From NCBI GenBank assembly GCA_002189035.1, contig NEEC01000238.1, positions 1 through 42,883 on the forward strand: DNA of 42,883 nucleotides, given 5' to 3'. How positions within the stretch are numbered: the first letter of the stretch is position 1; each line of letters begins with the position of its first letter. Source of the DNA: Utricularia gibba. Taxonomy: Eukaryota; Plantae; Magnoliophyta. Shown one piece after another: positions 23,801 to 37,900 of this stretch. The notes under the pieces were generated by a model, which saw only the letters and a program-made list of their open reading frames with translations, was not told the DNA's origin and searched no databases. The translations under genes were made by a program, and so were the position numbers.

Positions 23801-25921
23801 ACTTCAATAACTGCATCACGATTTTCGTCGAGTAGGACCGATGTGGCAAAGGAGTCAGACCGAACCTTGGTCAGAACGAAGTTCCAACGACATCACCGCC
23901 AAAAACGAAGCTTTTCCTTGAGAAACTATGTAGGCAGCCTAATAAAGCCAACGTTAATAAATGCATCAATTTTTTTTGCCGGGCTACAAATGACTCCGAG
24001 CTCGACTCGACCTCCTGCTCGATACCGTTGCCCCACGAGAGCCTTATCAAATATAAAGCATGCGGTTGAGAAAACCATTTTGGGTGCTCATGAATCCTAA
24101 CTTCAATAACTGCATCACGATTTTCGTCGAGTAGGACCCGATGTGGCAAAGGAGTCAGACCGAACCTATGGTCAGAACGAAGTTCCAAAAGACATCACCG
24201 CCAAAACGACAAGCTTTTCTTGAGAAACCATGTAGGCAGCCTATTAAAACCCAACGTTAATAAATGCATCACTTTTTTTTGACAGGCTAAAAATGACTCT
24301 GGGCGAGCCCGACTCGACCTTTTGCCGATACCGTGCCCCACTAGAGCGCCTCCTCAACTACAAAGCATGCGATTGAAAAGCATTTTGGGTGCTCATGAAA
24401 TCCTAACTTCAATAACTGCATCACGATTTTCGTCGAGTAGGACCAGATTTCAAAGGAGTCAGACCGAACCTTGGTCAGAACGAAGTTCACAACGACATCA
24501 CCCGCCCAAAAACGACAAGCTTTTCCTTGAGAAAACCATTGAGGCAGCCTATTAAAACCAACCGTTAATAAATGCATCAAGTTTTTTGCCGAGCTACAAA
24601 TGACTATGGGCCCGAGCTCGACTCGACCTCCTACTCGATACCGTTGCCCCACGAGAGCACCTTATCAAATATAAAGCATGCGGTTGAGAAAACCATTTTG
24701 GGTGCTCATGAAATCCTAACTTCAATAACTGCATCACGATTTTCGTCGAGTAGGACCCGATGTGGCAAAGGAGTCAGACCGAACCTATGGTCAGAACGAA
24801 GTTCCAAAAGACATCACCCGCCCAGAAACGACAAGCTTTTCCTTGAGAAACCATGTAGGCAGCCTATTAAACCCAACGTTAATAAATGCATCACTTTTTT
24901 GACAGGCTAAAAATGACTCTGGGAGCGAGCCCGACTCGACCTTTTGCCCGATACCGTGCCCACTAGAGCGCCTCCTCAACTACAAAGCATGCGATTGACA
25001 AAAGCATTTTGGGTGCTCATGAAATCCTAACTTCAATAACTGCATCACGATTTTCGTCGAGTAGGACCAGATTTGGCAAAGGAGACAGACCGAACCTTGG
25101 TCAGAACGAAGTTCACAACGACATCACCCGCCCAAAAACGACAAGCTTTTCCTTGAGAAAACCATTGAGGCAGCCTATTAAAACCAACCGTTAATAAATG
25201 CATCAAGTTTTTTGCCGAGCTACAAATGACTATGGGCCGAGCTCGACTCGACCTCCTACTCGATACCGTTGCCCCACGAGAGCACCTTATCAAATATAAA
25301 GCATGCGGTTGAGAAAACCATTTTGGGTGCTCATGAAATCCTAACTTCAATAACTGCATCACGATTTTCGTCGAGTAGGACCCGATGTGGCAAAGGAGTC
25401 AGACCGAACCTTGGTCAGAACGAAGTTCCAAAAGACATCACCCGCCCAGAAACGACAAGCTTTTCCTTGAGAAACCATGTAGGCAGCCTATTAAAACCCA
25501 ACGTTAATAAATGCATCAATTTTTTTGCGGCTACAAATGACTCTGGGCCGAGCTCGACTCGACCTCCTGCCGATACCGTGCCCCACGAGAGCGCCTCCTC
25601 AAATATAAAGCATGCGGTTGAGAAAAACATTTTGGGTGCTCATGAATCCTAACTTCAATAACTGCATCACGATTTTCGTCGAGTAGGACCCGATGTGGCA
25701 AAGGAGTCAGACCGAACCTTGGTCAGAACGAAGTTCACAACGACATCACCGCCCAAAAACGACAAGCTTTTCCTTGAGAAACCATTAGGCAGCCTATTAA
25801 AACCAACGTTAATAAATGCATCAAGTTTTTTGCCGAGCTACAAATGACTATGGGCCGAGCTCGACTCGACCTCCTACTCGATACCGTTGCCCCACGAGAG
25901 CACCTTATCAAATATAAAGCA

Positions 25922-28900
25922 TGCGGTTGAGAAAACCATTTTGGGTGCTCATGAAATCCTAACTTCAATAACTGCATCACGATTTTCGTCGAGTAGGACC
26001 AGATTGGCAAAGGAGACAGACCGAACCTTGGGTCAGAACGAAGTTCCAACGAAATCACCCGCCCAAAAACGACAAGCTTTTCCTTGAGAAAAATGTAGGC
26101 AGCTATTAAAACCAACGTTAATAATGCATCAAGTTTTTTTGCCGAGCTACAAATGACTATGGGCCCGAGCTCGACTCGACCTCCTGCTCGATACCGTTGC
26201 CCCACGAGAGCGCCTCCTCAAATATAAAGCATGCGGTTGAGAAAACCATTTGGGTGCTCATGAATCCTAACTTCAATAACTGCATCACGATTTTCGTCGA
26301 GTAGGACCCGATGTGGCAAAGGAGTCAGACAGAACCTTGGGTCAGAACGAAGTTCCCAACGACATCACCCGCCAGAAACGACAAGCTTTCCTTGAGAAAC
26401 TATGTAGGCAGCCTAAAACCGAACGTTAATAAATGCATCAATTTTTTTGACTACAAATGACTCTGGGCCCGAGCTCGACTCGCTCGATACCGTTGCCCCA
26501 CGAGAGCGCCTCCTCAATATAAAGCATGCGGTTGAGAAAACATTTTGGGTGCTCATGAATCCTAACTTCAATAACTGCATCACGATTTTCGTCGAGTAGG
26601 ACCCGATGTGGCAAAGGAGTCAGACCGAACCTTGGTCAGAACGAAGTTCACAACGACATCACCCGCCAAAACGACAAGCTTTTCCTTGAGAAAACATGTA
26701 GCCTATTAAAACCCAACGTTAATAAATGCATCAAGTTTTTTTGCCGAGCTACAAATGACTATGGGCCCGAGCTCGACTCGACCTCCTGTCGATACCGTTG
26801 CCCCACGAGAGCGCCTCCTCAAATATAAAGCATGCGTTGAGAAAACCATTTTGGGTGCTCATGAATCCTAACTTCAATAACTGCATCACGATTTTCGTCG
26901 AGTAGGACCCGATGTGGCAAAGGAGTCAGACCGAACCTTGGGTCAGAACGAAGTTCCAACGACATCACCCGCCCAGAAACGACAAGCTTTTCCTTGAGAA
27001 ACTATGTAGGCAGCCTATTAAACCAACGTTAATAAATGCATCAATTTTTTTGCCGGGCTACAAATGACTCTGGGCCGAGCTCGACTCGACCTCCTGCTCG
27101 ATACCGTTGCCCCACGAGAGCGCCTTATCAAATATAAGCATGCGGTTGAGAAAACCATTTTGGGTGCTCATGAAATCCTAACTTCAATAACTGCATCACG
27201 ATTTTCGTCGAGTAGGACCCGATGTGGCAAAGGAGACAGACCGAACCTTGGGTCAGAACGAAGTTCACAACGACATCACCCGCCCAAAACGACAAGCTTT
27301 TCCTTGAGAAAACAATGTAGGCAGCTATTAAAACCAACGTTAATAAATGCATCAAGTTTTTTTGCCGAGCTACAAATGACTATGGGCCCGAGCTCGACTC
27401 GACCTCCTGCTCGATACCGTTGCCCACGAGAGCGCCTCCTCAAATATAAAGCATGCGGTTGAGAAAACCATTTTGGGTGCTCATGACATCCTAACTTCAA
27501 TAACTGCATCACGATTTTCGTCGAGTAGGACCCGATGTGGCAAAGGAGTCAGACAGAACCTTGGTCAGAACGAAGTTCCAACGACATCACCCGCCAGAAA
27601 CGACAAGCTTTTCCTTGAGAAACTATGTAGGCAGCCTATAAAGCCGAACGTTAATAAATGCATCAATTTTTTTGCCGGGCTACAAATGACTCTGGGCCCG
27701 AGCTCGACTCGACCTCCTGCTCGATACCGTTGCCCCACGAGAGCGCCTTATCAAATATAAAGCATGCGGTTGAGAAAACATTTTGGGTGCTCATGAAATC
27801 CTAACTTCAATAACTGCATCACGATTTTCGTCGAGTAGGACCCGATGTGGCAAAGGAGTCAGACCGAACCTTGGGTCAGAACGAAGTTCACAACGACATC
27901 ACCCGCCCAAAACGACAAGCTTTTCCTTGAGAAAACAATGTAGGCAGCTATTAAAACCAACGTTAATAAATGCATCAAGTTTTTTGCCGAGCTACAAATG
28001 ACTATGGGCCCGAGCTCGACTCGACCTCCTGCTCGATACCGTTGCCCCACGAGAGCGCCTTATCAAATATAAAGCATGCGGTTGAGAAAACCATTTGGGT
28101 GCTCATGATCCTAACTTCAATAACTGCATCACGATTTTCGTCGAGTAGGACCCGATGTGGCAAAGGAGTCAGACCGAACCTTGGTCAGAACGAAGTTCCA
28201 ACGACATCACCCGCCAGAAACGACAAGCTTTTCCTTGAGAAACTATGTAGGCAGCCTAATAACCGAACGTTAATAAATGCATTTTTTTTGCCGGGCTACA
28301 AATGACTCTGGGACCGCTCGACTCGACCTCCTGCTCGATACCGTTGCCCACGAGAGCGCCTCCTCAAATATAAAGCATGCGATTGAGAAAACCATTTTGG
28401 GTGCTCATGAAATCCTAACTTCAATAACTGCATCACGATTTTCGTCGAGTAGGACCAGATTTGGCAAAGGAGACAGACCGAACCTTGGGTCAGAACGAAG
28501 TTCACAACGACATCACCCGCCCAAAACGACAAGCTTTTCCTTGAGAAAACCATGTAGGCAGCCTATTAAAACCCAACGTTAATAAATGCATCAAGTTTTT
28601 TGCCGAGCTACAAATGACTATGGGCCCGAGCTCGACTCGACCTCCTACTCGATACCGTTGCCCCACGAGAGCACCTTATCAAATATAAAGCATGCGGTTG
28701 AGAAAACCATTTTGGGTGCTCATGAATCCTAACTTCAATAACTGCATCACGATTTTCGTCGAGTAGGACCCGATGTGGCAAAGGAGTCAGACCGAACCTT
28801 GGTCAGAACGAAGTTCCAACGACATCACCCGCCAGAAACGACAAGCTTTTCCTTGAGAAACTATGTAGGCAGCCTAATAAAGCCAACGTTAATAAATGCA

Positions 28901-31900
28901 TCAATTTTTTTTGCCGGGCTACAAATGACTCTGGGCCCGAGCTCGACTCGACCTCCTACTCGATACCGTTGCCCCACGAGAGCCTTATCAAATATAAAGC
29001 ATGCGGTTGAGAAAACCATTTTGGGTGCTCATGAAATCCTAACTTCAATAACTGCATCACGATTTTCGTCGAGTAGGACCAGATTGGCAAAGGAGTCAGA
29101 CCGAACCTTGGGTCAGAACGAAGTTCACAACGACATCACCCGCCCAAAAACGACAAGCTTTTCCTTGAGAAAACATTGTAGGCTATTAAAACCCAACGTT
29201 AATAATGCATCAAGTTTTTTGCCGAGCTACAAATGACTATGGGCCCGAGCTCGACTCGACCCCTGCTCGATACCGTTGCCCCACGAGAGCGCCTTCAAAT
29301 ATAAAGCATGCGGTTGAGAAAACCATTTTGGGTGCTCATGACATCCTAACTTCAATAACTGCATCACGATTTTCGTCGAGTAGGACCCGATGTGGCAAAG
29401 GAGTCAGACAGAACCTTGGTCAACGAAGTTCCAACGACATCACCCGCCAAAACGACAAGCTTTTCCTTGAGAAACTATGTAGGCAGCCTAATAAAGCCGA
29501 ACGTTAATAAATGCATCAATTTTTTGCCGGGCTACAAATGACTCTGGGCCGAGCTCGACTCGACCTCCTGCTCGATACGTTGCCCCACGAGAGTGCCTTA
29601 TCAAATATAAAGCATGCGGTTGAGAAAACCATTTTGGGTGCTCATGAAATCCTAACTTCAATAACTGCATCACGATTTTCGTCGAGTAGGACCCGATGTG
29701 GCAAAGGAGACAGACCGAACCTTGGTCAGAACGAAGTTCACAACGACATCACCCGCCAAAAACGACAAGCTTTTCCTTGAGAAAACAATGTAGGCCTATT
29801 AAAACCCAACGTTAATAATGCATCAAGTTTTTTGCCGAGCTACAAATGACTATGGGCCCGAGCTCGACTCGACCTCCTGCTCGATACCGTTGCCCCACGA
29901 GAGCGCCTCCTCAAATATAAAGCATGCGGTTGAAAAACCATTTTGGGTGCTCATGACATCCTAACTTCAATAACTGCATCACGATTTTCGTCGAGTAGGA
30001 CCCGATGTGGCAAAGGAGTCAGACCGAACCTTGGGTCAGAACGAAGTTCCCAACGACATCACCCGCCAGAAACGACAAGCTTTTCCTTGAGAAACTATGT
30101 AGGCAGCCTATAAAACCAACGTTAATAAATGCATCAATTTTTTGCCGGGCTACAAATGACTCTGGGCCCGAGCTCGACTCGACCTCCTGCTCGATACCGT
30201 TGCCCCACGAGAGCGCCTTATCAAATATAAAGCATGCGGTTGAGAAAACCATTTTGGGTGCTCATGAAATCCTAACTTCAATAACTGCATCACGATTTTC
30301 GTCGAGTAGGACCCGATGTGGCAAAGGAGTCAGACCGAACCTTGGGTCAGAACGAAGTTCACAACGACATCACCCGCCCAAAAAAACAAGCTTTTCCTTG
30401 AGAAAACTGTAGGCGCCTATTAAAACCCAACGTTAATAAATGCATCAAGTTTTTTGCCGGCTACAAATGACTATGGGCCCGAGCTCGACTCGACCTCCTG
30501 CTCGATACCGTTGCCCCACGAGAGCGCCTCCTCAAATATAAAGCATGCGGTTGAGAAAACCATTTTGGGTGCTCATGAATCCTAACTTCAATAACTGCAT
30601 CACGATTTTCGTCGAGTAGGACCCGATGTGGCAAAGGAGTCAGACAGAACCTTGGGTCAGAACGAAGTTCCAACGACATCACCCGCCAGAAACGACAAGC
30701 TTTTCCTTGAGAAACATGTAGGCAGCCTAATTAAAACCAACGTTAATAAATGCATCAATTTTTTGCCGGGCTACAAATGACTCTGGGCCGAGCTCGACTC
30801 GACCTCCTGCCGATACCGTTGCCCCACGAGAGCGCCTCCTCAAATATAAAGCATGCGGTTGAGAAAACATTTTGGGTGCTCATGAAATCCTAACTTCAAT
30901 AACTGCATCACGATTTTCGTCGAGTAGGACCCGATGCAAAGGAGTCAGACCGAACCTTGGGTCAGAACGAAGTTCACAACGACATCACCCGCCCAAAAAC
31001 GACAAGCTTTTCCTTGAGAAAACCATGTAGGCAGCCTATTAAAACCAACGTTAATAAATGCATCAAGTTTTTTTGCCGAGCTACAAATGACTATGGGCCC
31101 GAGCTCGACTCGACCTCCTGCTCGATACCGTTGCCCCACGAGAGCGCCTTATCAAATATAAAGCATGCGGTTGAGAAAACCATTTTGGGTGCTCATGAAT
31201 CCTAACTTCAATAACTGCATCACGATTTTCGTCGAGTAGGACCCGATGTGGCAAAGGAGTCAGACCGAACCTTGGTCAAACGAAGTTCCAACGACATCAC
31301 CCGCCAGAAACGAAGCTTTTCCTTGAGAAACTATGTAGGCAGCCTATAAAGCCAAACGTTAATAAATGCATCAATTTTTTTGCCGGCTACAAATGACTCT
31401 GGGCCCGAGCTCGACTCGACCTCCTGCTCGATACCGTTGCCCACGAGAGCCCTTATCAAATATAAAGCATGCGGTTGAGAAAACCATTTTGGGTGCTCAT
31501 GAAATCCTAACTTCAATAACTGCATCACGATTTTCGTCGAGTAGGACCAGATTGGCAAAAGGAGACAGACCGAACCTTGGGTCAGAACGAAGTTCACAAC
31601 GACATCACCCGCCCAAAAACGACAAGCTTTTCCTTGAGAAAACCATGTAGGCTATTAAAACCAACGTTAATAAATGCATCAAGTTTTTTTGCCGAGCTAC
31701 AAATGACTATGGGCCCGAGCTCGACTCGACCTCCTGCTCGATACCGTTGCCCCACGAGAGCGCCTTATCAAATATAAAGCATGCGGTTGAGAAAACCATT
31801 TTGGGTGCTCATGAATCCTAACTTCAATAACTGCATCACGATTTTCGTCGAGTAGGACCCGATGTGGCAAAGGAGTCAGACCGAACCTTGGGTCAGAACG

Positions 31901-34900
31901 AAGTTCCCAACGACATCACCGCCAGAAACGACAAGCTTTTCCTTGAGAAACTATGTAGGCAGCCTAATAAAGCCGAACGTTAATAAATGCATCAATTTTT
32001 TGCCGGGCTACAAATGACTCTGGGCCGAGCTCGACTCGACCTCCTGCTCGATACCGTTGCCCCACGAGAGCGCCTCCTCAAATATAAAGCATGCGGTTGA
32101 GAAAACCATTTTGGGTGCTCATGAAATCCTAACTTCAATAACTGCATCACGATTTTCGTCGAGTAGGACCCGATGTGGCAAAGGAGTCAGACCGAACCTT
32201 GGGTCAGAACGAAGTTCACAACGAAATCACCCGCCCAAAAACGACAAGCTTTTCCTTGAGAAAACTGTAGGCAGCTATTAAAACCAACGTTAATAAATGC
32301 ATCAAGTTTTTTGCCGAGCTACAAATGACTATGGGCCCGAGCTCGACTCGACCTCCTGCTCGATACCGTTGCCCCACGAGAGCGCCTCCAAATATAAAGC
32401 ATGCGGTTGAGAAAACCATTTTGGGTGCTCATGAATCCTAACTTCAATAACTGCATCACGATTTTCGTCGAGTAGGACCGATGTGGCAAAGGAGTCAGAC
32501 CGAACCTTGGGTCAGAACGAAGTTCGACATCACCCGCCCAGAAACGACAAGCTTTTCCTTGAGAAACTATGTAGGCAGCCTAATAAAGCCGAACGTTAAT
32601 AAATGCATCAATTTTTTGCCGGGCTACAAATGACTGGGCCGAGCTCGACTCGACCTCCTGCGATACCGTTGCCCCACGAGAGCGCCTTATCAAATATAAA
32701 GCATGCGGTTGAGAAAACCATTTTGGGTGCTCATGAAATCCTAACTTCAATAACTGCATCACGATTTTCGTCGAGTAGGACCAGATTTGGCAAAGGAGAC
32801 AGACCGAACCTTGGGTCAGAACGAAGTTCACAACGACATCACCCGCCCAAAAACGACAAGCTTTTCCTTGAGAAAATGTAGGCAGCCTATTAAAACCAAC
32901 GTTAATAAATGCATCAAGTTTTTTGCCGAGCTACAAATGACTATGGGCCCGAGCTCGACTCGACCTCCTGCTCGATACCGTTGCCCCACGAGAGCGCCTC
33001 CTCAAATATAAAGCATGCGGTTGAGAAAACCATTTTGGGTGCTCATGACATCCTAACTTCAATAACTGCATCACGATTTTCGTCGAGTAGGACCCGATGT
33101 GGCAAAGGAGTCAGACAGAACCTTGGTCAGAACGAAGTTCCAACGACATCACCCGCCAGAAACGACAGCTTTTCCTTGAGAAACTATGTAGGCAGCCTAA
33201 TAAAGCCGAACGTTAATAAATGCATCAATTTTTTGCCGGGCTACAAATGACTCTGGGCCCGAGCTCGACTCGACCTCCTGCTCGATACCGTTGCCCCACG
33301 AGAGCGCCTTCAAATATAAAGCATGCGGTTGAGAAAACCATTTTGGGTGCTCATGAAATCCTAACTTCAATAACTGCATCACGATTTTCGTCGAGTAGGA
33401 CCCGATGTGGCAAAGGAGTCAGACCGAACCTTGGGTCAGAACGAAAGTTCACAACGACATCACCCGCCCAAAACGACAAGCTTTTCCTTGAGAAACAATG
33501 TAGGCAGCTATTAAAACCAACGTTAATAAATGCATCAAGTTTTTTGCCGAGCTAAATGACTATGGGCCCGAGCTCGACTCGACCTCCTTCGATACCGTTG
33601 CCCCACGAGAGCGCCTCCTCAAATATAAAGCATGCGGTTGAGAAAACCATTTTGGGTGCTCATGAATCCTAACTTCAATAACTGCATCACGATTTTCGTC
33701 GAGTAGGACCCGATGTGGCAAAGGAGTCACAGACCCTTGGTCAGAACGAAGTTCCAACGACATCACCCGCCCAGAAACGACAAGCTTTTCCTTGAGAAAC
33801 TATGTAGGCAGCCTATTAAACCGAACGTTAATAAATGCATCAATTTTTTGCCGGGCTACAAATGACTCTGGGCCGAGCTCGACTCGACCTCCTGCTCGAT
33901 ACCGTTGCCCCACGAGAGCGCCTTATCAAATATAAAGCATGCGGTTGAGAAAACCATTTTGGGTGCTCATGAAATCCTAACTTCAATAACTGCATCACGA
34001 TTTTCGTCGAGTAGGACCAGATTTGGCAAAGGAGAGACCGAACCTTGGGTCAGAACGAAGTTCACAACGACATCACCCGCCCAAAAACGACAAGCTTTTC
34101 CTTGAGAAAACATGTAGGCGCTATTAAAACCAACGTTAATAATGCATCAAGTTTTTTGCCGAGCTACAAATGACTATGGGCCCGAGCTCGACTCGACCTC
34201 CTGCTCGATACCGTTGCCCCACGAGAGCGCCTTCAAATATAAAGCATGCGGTTGAGAAAACCATTTTGGGTGCTCATGATCCTAACTTCAATAACTGCAT
34301 CACGATTTTCGTCGAGTAGGACCCGATGTGGCAAAGGAGTCAGACAGAACCTTGGTCAGAACGAAGTTCCAACGACATCACCCGCCAGAAACGACAAGCT
34401 TTTCCTTGAGAAACTATGTAGGCAGCCTAATAAGCCGAACGTTAATAAATGCATCAATTTTTTGCCGGGCTACAAATGACTCTGGGCCCGAGCTCGACTC
34501 GACCTCCTGCTCGATACCGTTGCCCCACGAGAGCGCCTTATCAAATATAAGCATGCGGTTGAGAAAACCATTTTGGGTGCTCATGAAATCCTAACTTCAA
34601 TAACTGCATCACGATTTTCGTCGAGTAGGACCCGATGTGGCAAAGGAGTCAGACCGAACCTTGGGTCAGAACGAAGTTCACAACGACATCACCCGCCAAA
34701 ACGACAAGCTTTTCCTTGAGAAAACAATGTAGGCAGCTATTAAAACCCAACGTTAATAAATGCATCAAGTTTTTTGCCGAGCTACAAATGACTATGGGCC
34801 GAGCTCGACTCGACCTCCTGCTCGATACCGTTGCCCCACGAGAGCGCCTTATCAAATATAAAGCATGCGGTTGAGAAAACCATTTTGGGTGCTCATGACA

Positions 34901-37900
34901 TCCTAACTTCAATAACTGCATCACGATTTTCGTCGAGTAGGACCCGATGTGGCAAAGGAGTCAGACAGAACCTTGGGTCAGAACGAAGTTCCCAACGACA
35001 TCACCGCGCAGAAACGACAAGCTTTTCTTGAGAAACTATGTAGGCAGCCTAATAAAGCCGAACGTTAATAAATGCATCAATTTTTTTGCCGGGCTACAAA
35101 TGACTCTGGGCCGAGCTCGACTCGACCTCCTGCTCGATACCGTTGCCCCACGAGAGCGCCTTCAAATATAAAGCATGCGGTTGAGAAAACCATTTTGGGT
35201 GCTCATGAAATCCTAACTTCAATAACTGCATCACGATTTTCGTCGAGTAGGACCCGATTTGGCAAAGGAGTCAGACCGAACCTTGGGTCAGAACGAAGTT
35301 CACAACGACATCACCCGCCAAAAACGACAAGCTTTTCCTTGAGAAACATGTAGGCAGCCTTAAAACCAACGTTAATAAATGCATCAAGTTTTTTGCCGAG
35401 CTACAAATGACTATGGGCCGAGCTCGACTCGACCTCCTGCTCGATACGTTGCCCCACGAGAGCCCTTATCAAATATAAAGCATGCGGTTGAGAAAACATT
35501 TTGGGTGCTCATGAATCCTAACTTCAATAACTGCATCACGATTTTCGTCGAGTAGGACCCGATGTGGCAAAGGAGTCAGACCGAACCTTGGGTCAGAACG
35601 AAGTTCCAACGACATCACCCGCCCAGAAACGACAAGCTTTTCCTTGAGAAACTATGTAGGCAGCCTATTAAACCAAACGTTAATAAATGCATCAATTTTT
35701 TTTGCCGGGCTACAAATGACTCTGGGCCCGAGCTCGACTCGACCTCCTGCTCGATACCGTTGCCCCACGAGAGCGCTTATCAAATATAAAGCATGCGGTT
35801 GAGAAAACCATTTTGGGTGCTCATGAAATCCTAACTTCAATAACTGCATCACGATTTTCGTCGAGTAGGACCCGATTGGCAAAGGAGTCAGACCGAACCT
35901 TGGGTCAGAACGAAGTTCACAACGACATCACCCGCCAAAACGACAAGCTTTTCCTTGAGAAAACCATGTAGGCAGCTATTAAAACCAACGTTAATAATGC
36001 ATCAATTTTTTGCCGAGCTACAAATGACTCTGGGCCCGAGCTCGACTCGACCTCCTGCTCGATACCGTTGCCCCACGAGAGCGCCTTATCAAATATAAAG
36101 CATGCGTTGAGAAAACCATTTTGGGTGCTCATGAATCCTAACTTCAATAACTGCATCACGATTTTCGTCGAGTAGGACCCGATGTGGCAAAGGAGTCAGA
36201 CCGAACCTTGGTCAGAACGAAGTTCCAACGACATCACCCGCCCAGAAACGACAAGCTTTTCCTTGAGAAACTATGTAGGCAGCCTAAAAACCAACGTTAA
36301 TAAATGCATCAATTTTTTGCCGGCTACAAATGACTGGGCCGAGCTCGACGACCTCCTGCTCGATACCGTTGCCCACGAGAGCCTTATCAAATATAAAGCA
36401 TGCGGTTGAGAAAACCATTTTGGGTGCTCATGAAATCCTAACTTCAATAACTGCATCACGATTTTCGTCGAGTAGGACCCGATGTGGCAAAGGAGACAGA
36501 CCGAACCTTGGGTCAGAACGAAGTTCACAACGACATCACCCGCCCAAAAAACGACAAGCTTTTCCTTGAGAAAACAATGTAGGCAGCTATTAAAACCAAC
36601 GTTAATAATGCATCAAGTTTTTTGCCGAGCTACAAATGACTATGGGCCCGAGCTCGACTCGACCTCCTGCTCGATACCGTTGCCCCACGAGAGCGCCTTA
36701 TCAAATATAAAGCATGCGGTTGAGAAAACCATTTTGGGTGCTCATGAATCCTAACTTCAATAACTGCATCACGATTTTCGTCGAGTAGGACCCGATGTGG
36801 CAAGGAGTCAGACCGAACCTTGGTCAGAACGAAGTTCCCAACGAATCACCCGCCAGAAACGACAAGCTTTTCCTTGAGAAACTATGTAGGCAGCCTAATA
36901 AACCGAACGTTAATAAATGCATCAATTTTTTTGCCGGGCTACAAATGACTCTGGGCCCGAGCTCGACTCGACCTCCTGCTCGATACCGTTGCCCCACGAG
37001 AGCGCCTCCTCAAATATAAAGCATGCGGTTGAGAAAACCATTTTGGGTGCTCATGAAATCCTAACTTCAATAACTGCATCACGATTTTCGTCGAGTAGGA
37101 CCCGATGTGGCAAAGGAGTCAGACCGAACCTTGGTCAGAACGAAGTTCACAACGACATCACCCGCCCAAAACGACAAGCTTTTCCTTGAGAAAACCATGT
37201 AGGCAGCTATTAAAACCAACGTTAATAAATGCATCAAGTTTTTTTGCCGAGCTACAAATGACTATGGGCCCGAGCTCGACTCGACCTCCTGCTCGATACC
37301 GTTGCCCCACGAGAGCGCCTCCTCAAATATAAAGCATGCGGTTGAGAAAACCATTTTGGGTGCTCATGAATCCTAACTTCAATAACTGCATCACGATTTT
37401 CGTCGAGTAGGACCCGATGTGGCAAAGGAGTCAGACCGAACCTTGGGTCCGAACGAAGTTCCCAACGACATCACCCGCCAGAAACGACAAGCTTTTCCTT
37501 GAGAAACTATGTAGGCAGCCTAATTAACGTTAATAATGCATCAATTTTTTGCCGGCTACAATGACTCTGGGCCCGAGCTCGACTCGACCTCCTGCTCGAT
37601 ACCGTTGCCCCACGAGAGCGCCTTATCAAATATAAAGCATGCGGTTGAGAAAACCATTTTGGGTGCTCATGAAATCCTAACTTCAATAACTGCATCACGA
37701 TTTTCGTCGAGTAGGACCCGATGTGGCAAAGAGTCAGACCGAACCTTGGGTCAGAACGAAGTTCACAACGACATCACCCGCCCAAAAACGACAAGCTTTT
37801 CCTTGAGAAAACAATGTAGGCAGCCTATTAAAACCCAACGTTAATAATGCATCAAGTTTTTTGCCGAGCTACAAATGACTATGGGCCCGAGCTCGACTCG

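Larger units (their letters stand above)
1543..25303 (+). repeat. HOR domain 1: X-Y dimer (~620 bp) with inserted Z and P-Z monomers
   Basis: The Y/X junction marker (CACTAGAGCGCCTCCTCAA[C/A]TACAAAGCATGCGATTGA, scored mainly on TGCGATTGA) occurs 29 times between 1543 and 24990. Spacings in monomers are 2,5,4,2,5,2,4,2,2,4,2,2,2,2,3,2,4,2,2,2,2,3,2,3,2,3,4,2. X alleles: GGACCAGATT, GTTCACAACG, ACCATTGAGG, CAAGTTT, CCTACTCG, GAGCACC. Y alleles: CCTATGG, CCAAAAGAC, CATCACTTT, GACAGGCTAAAA, GCGAGCCCG. Confidence 0.9.
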
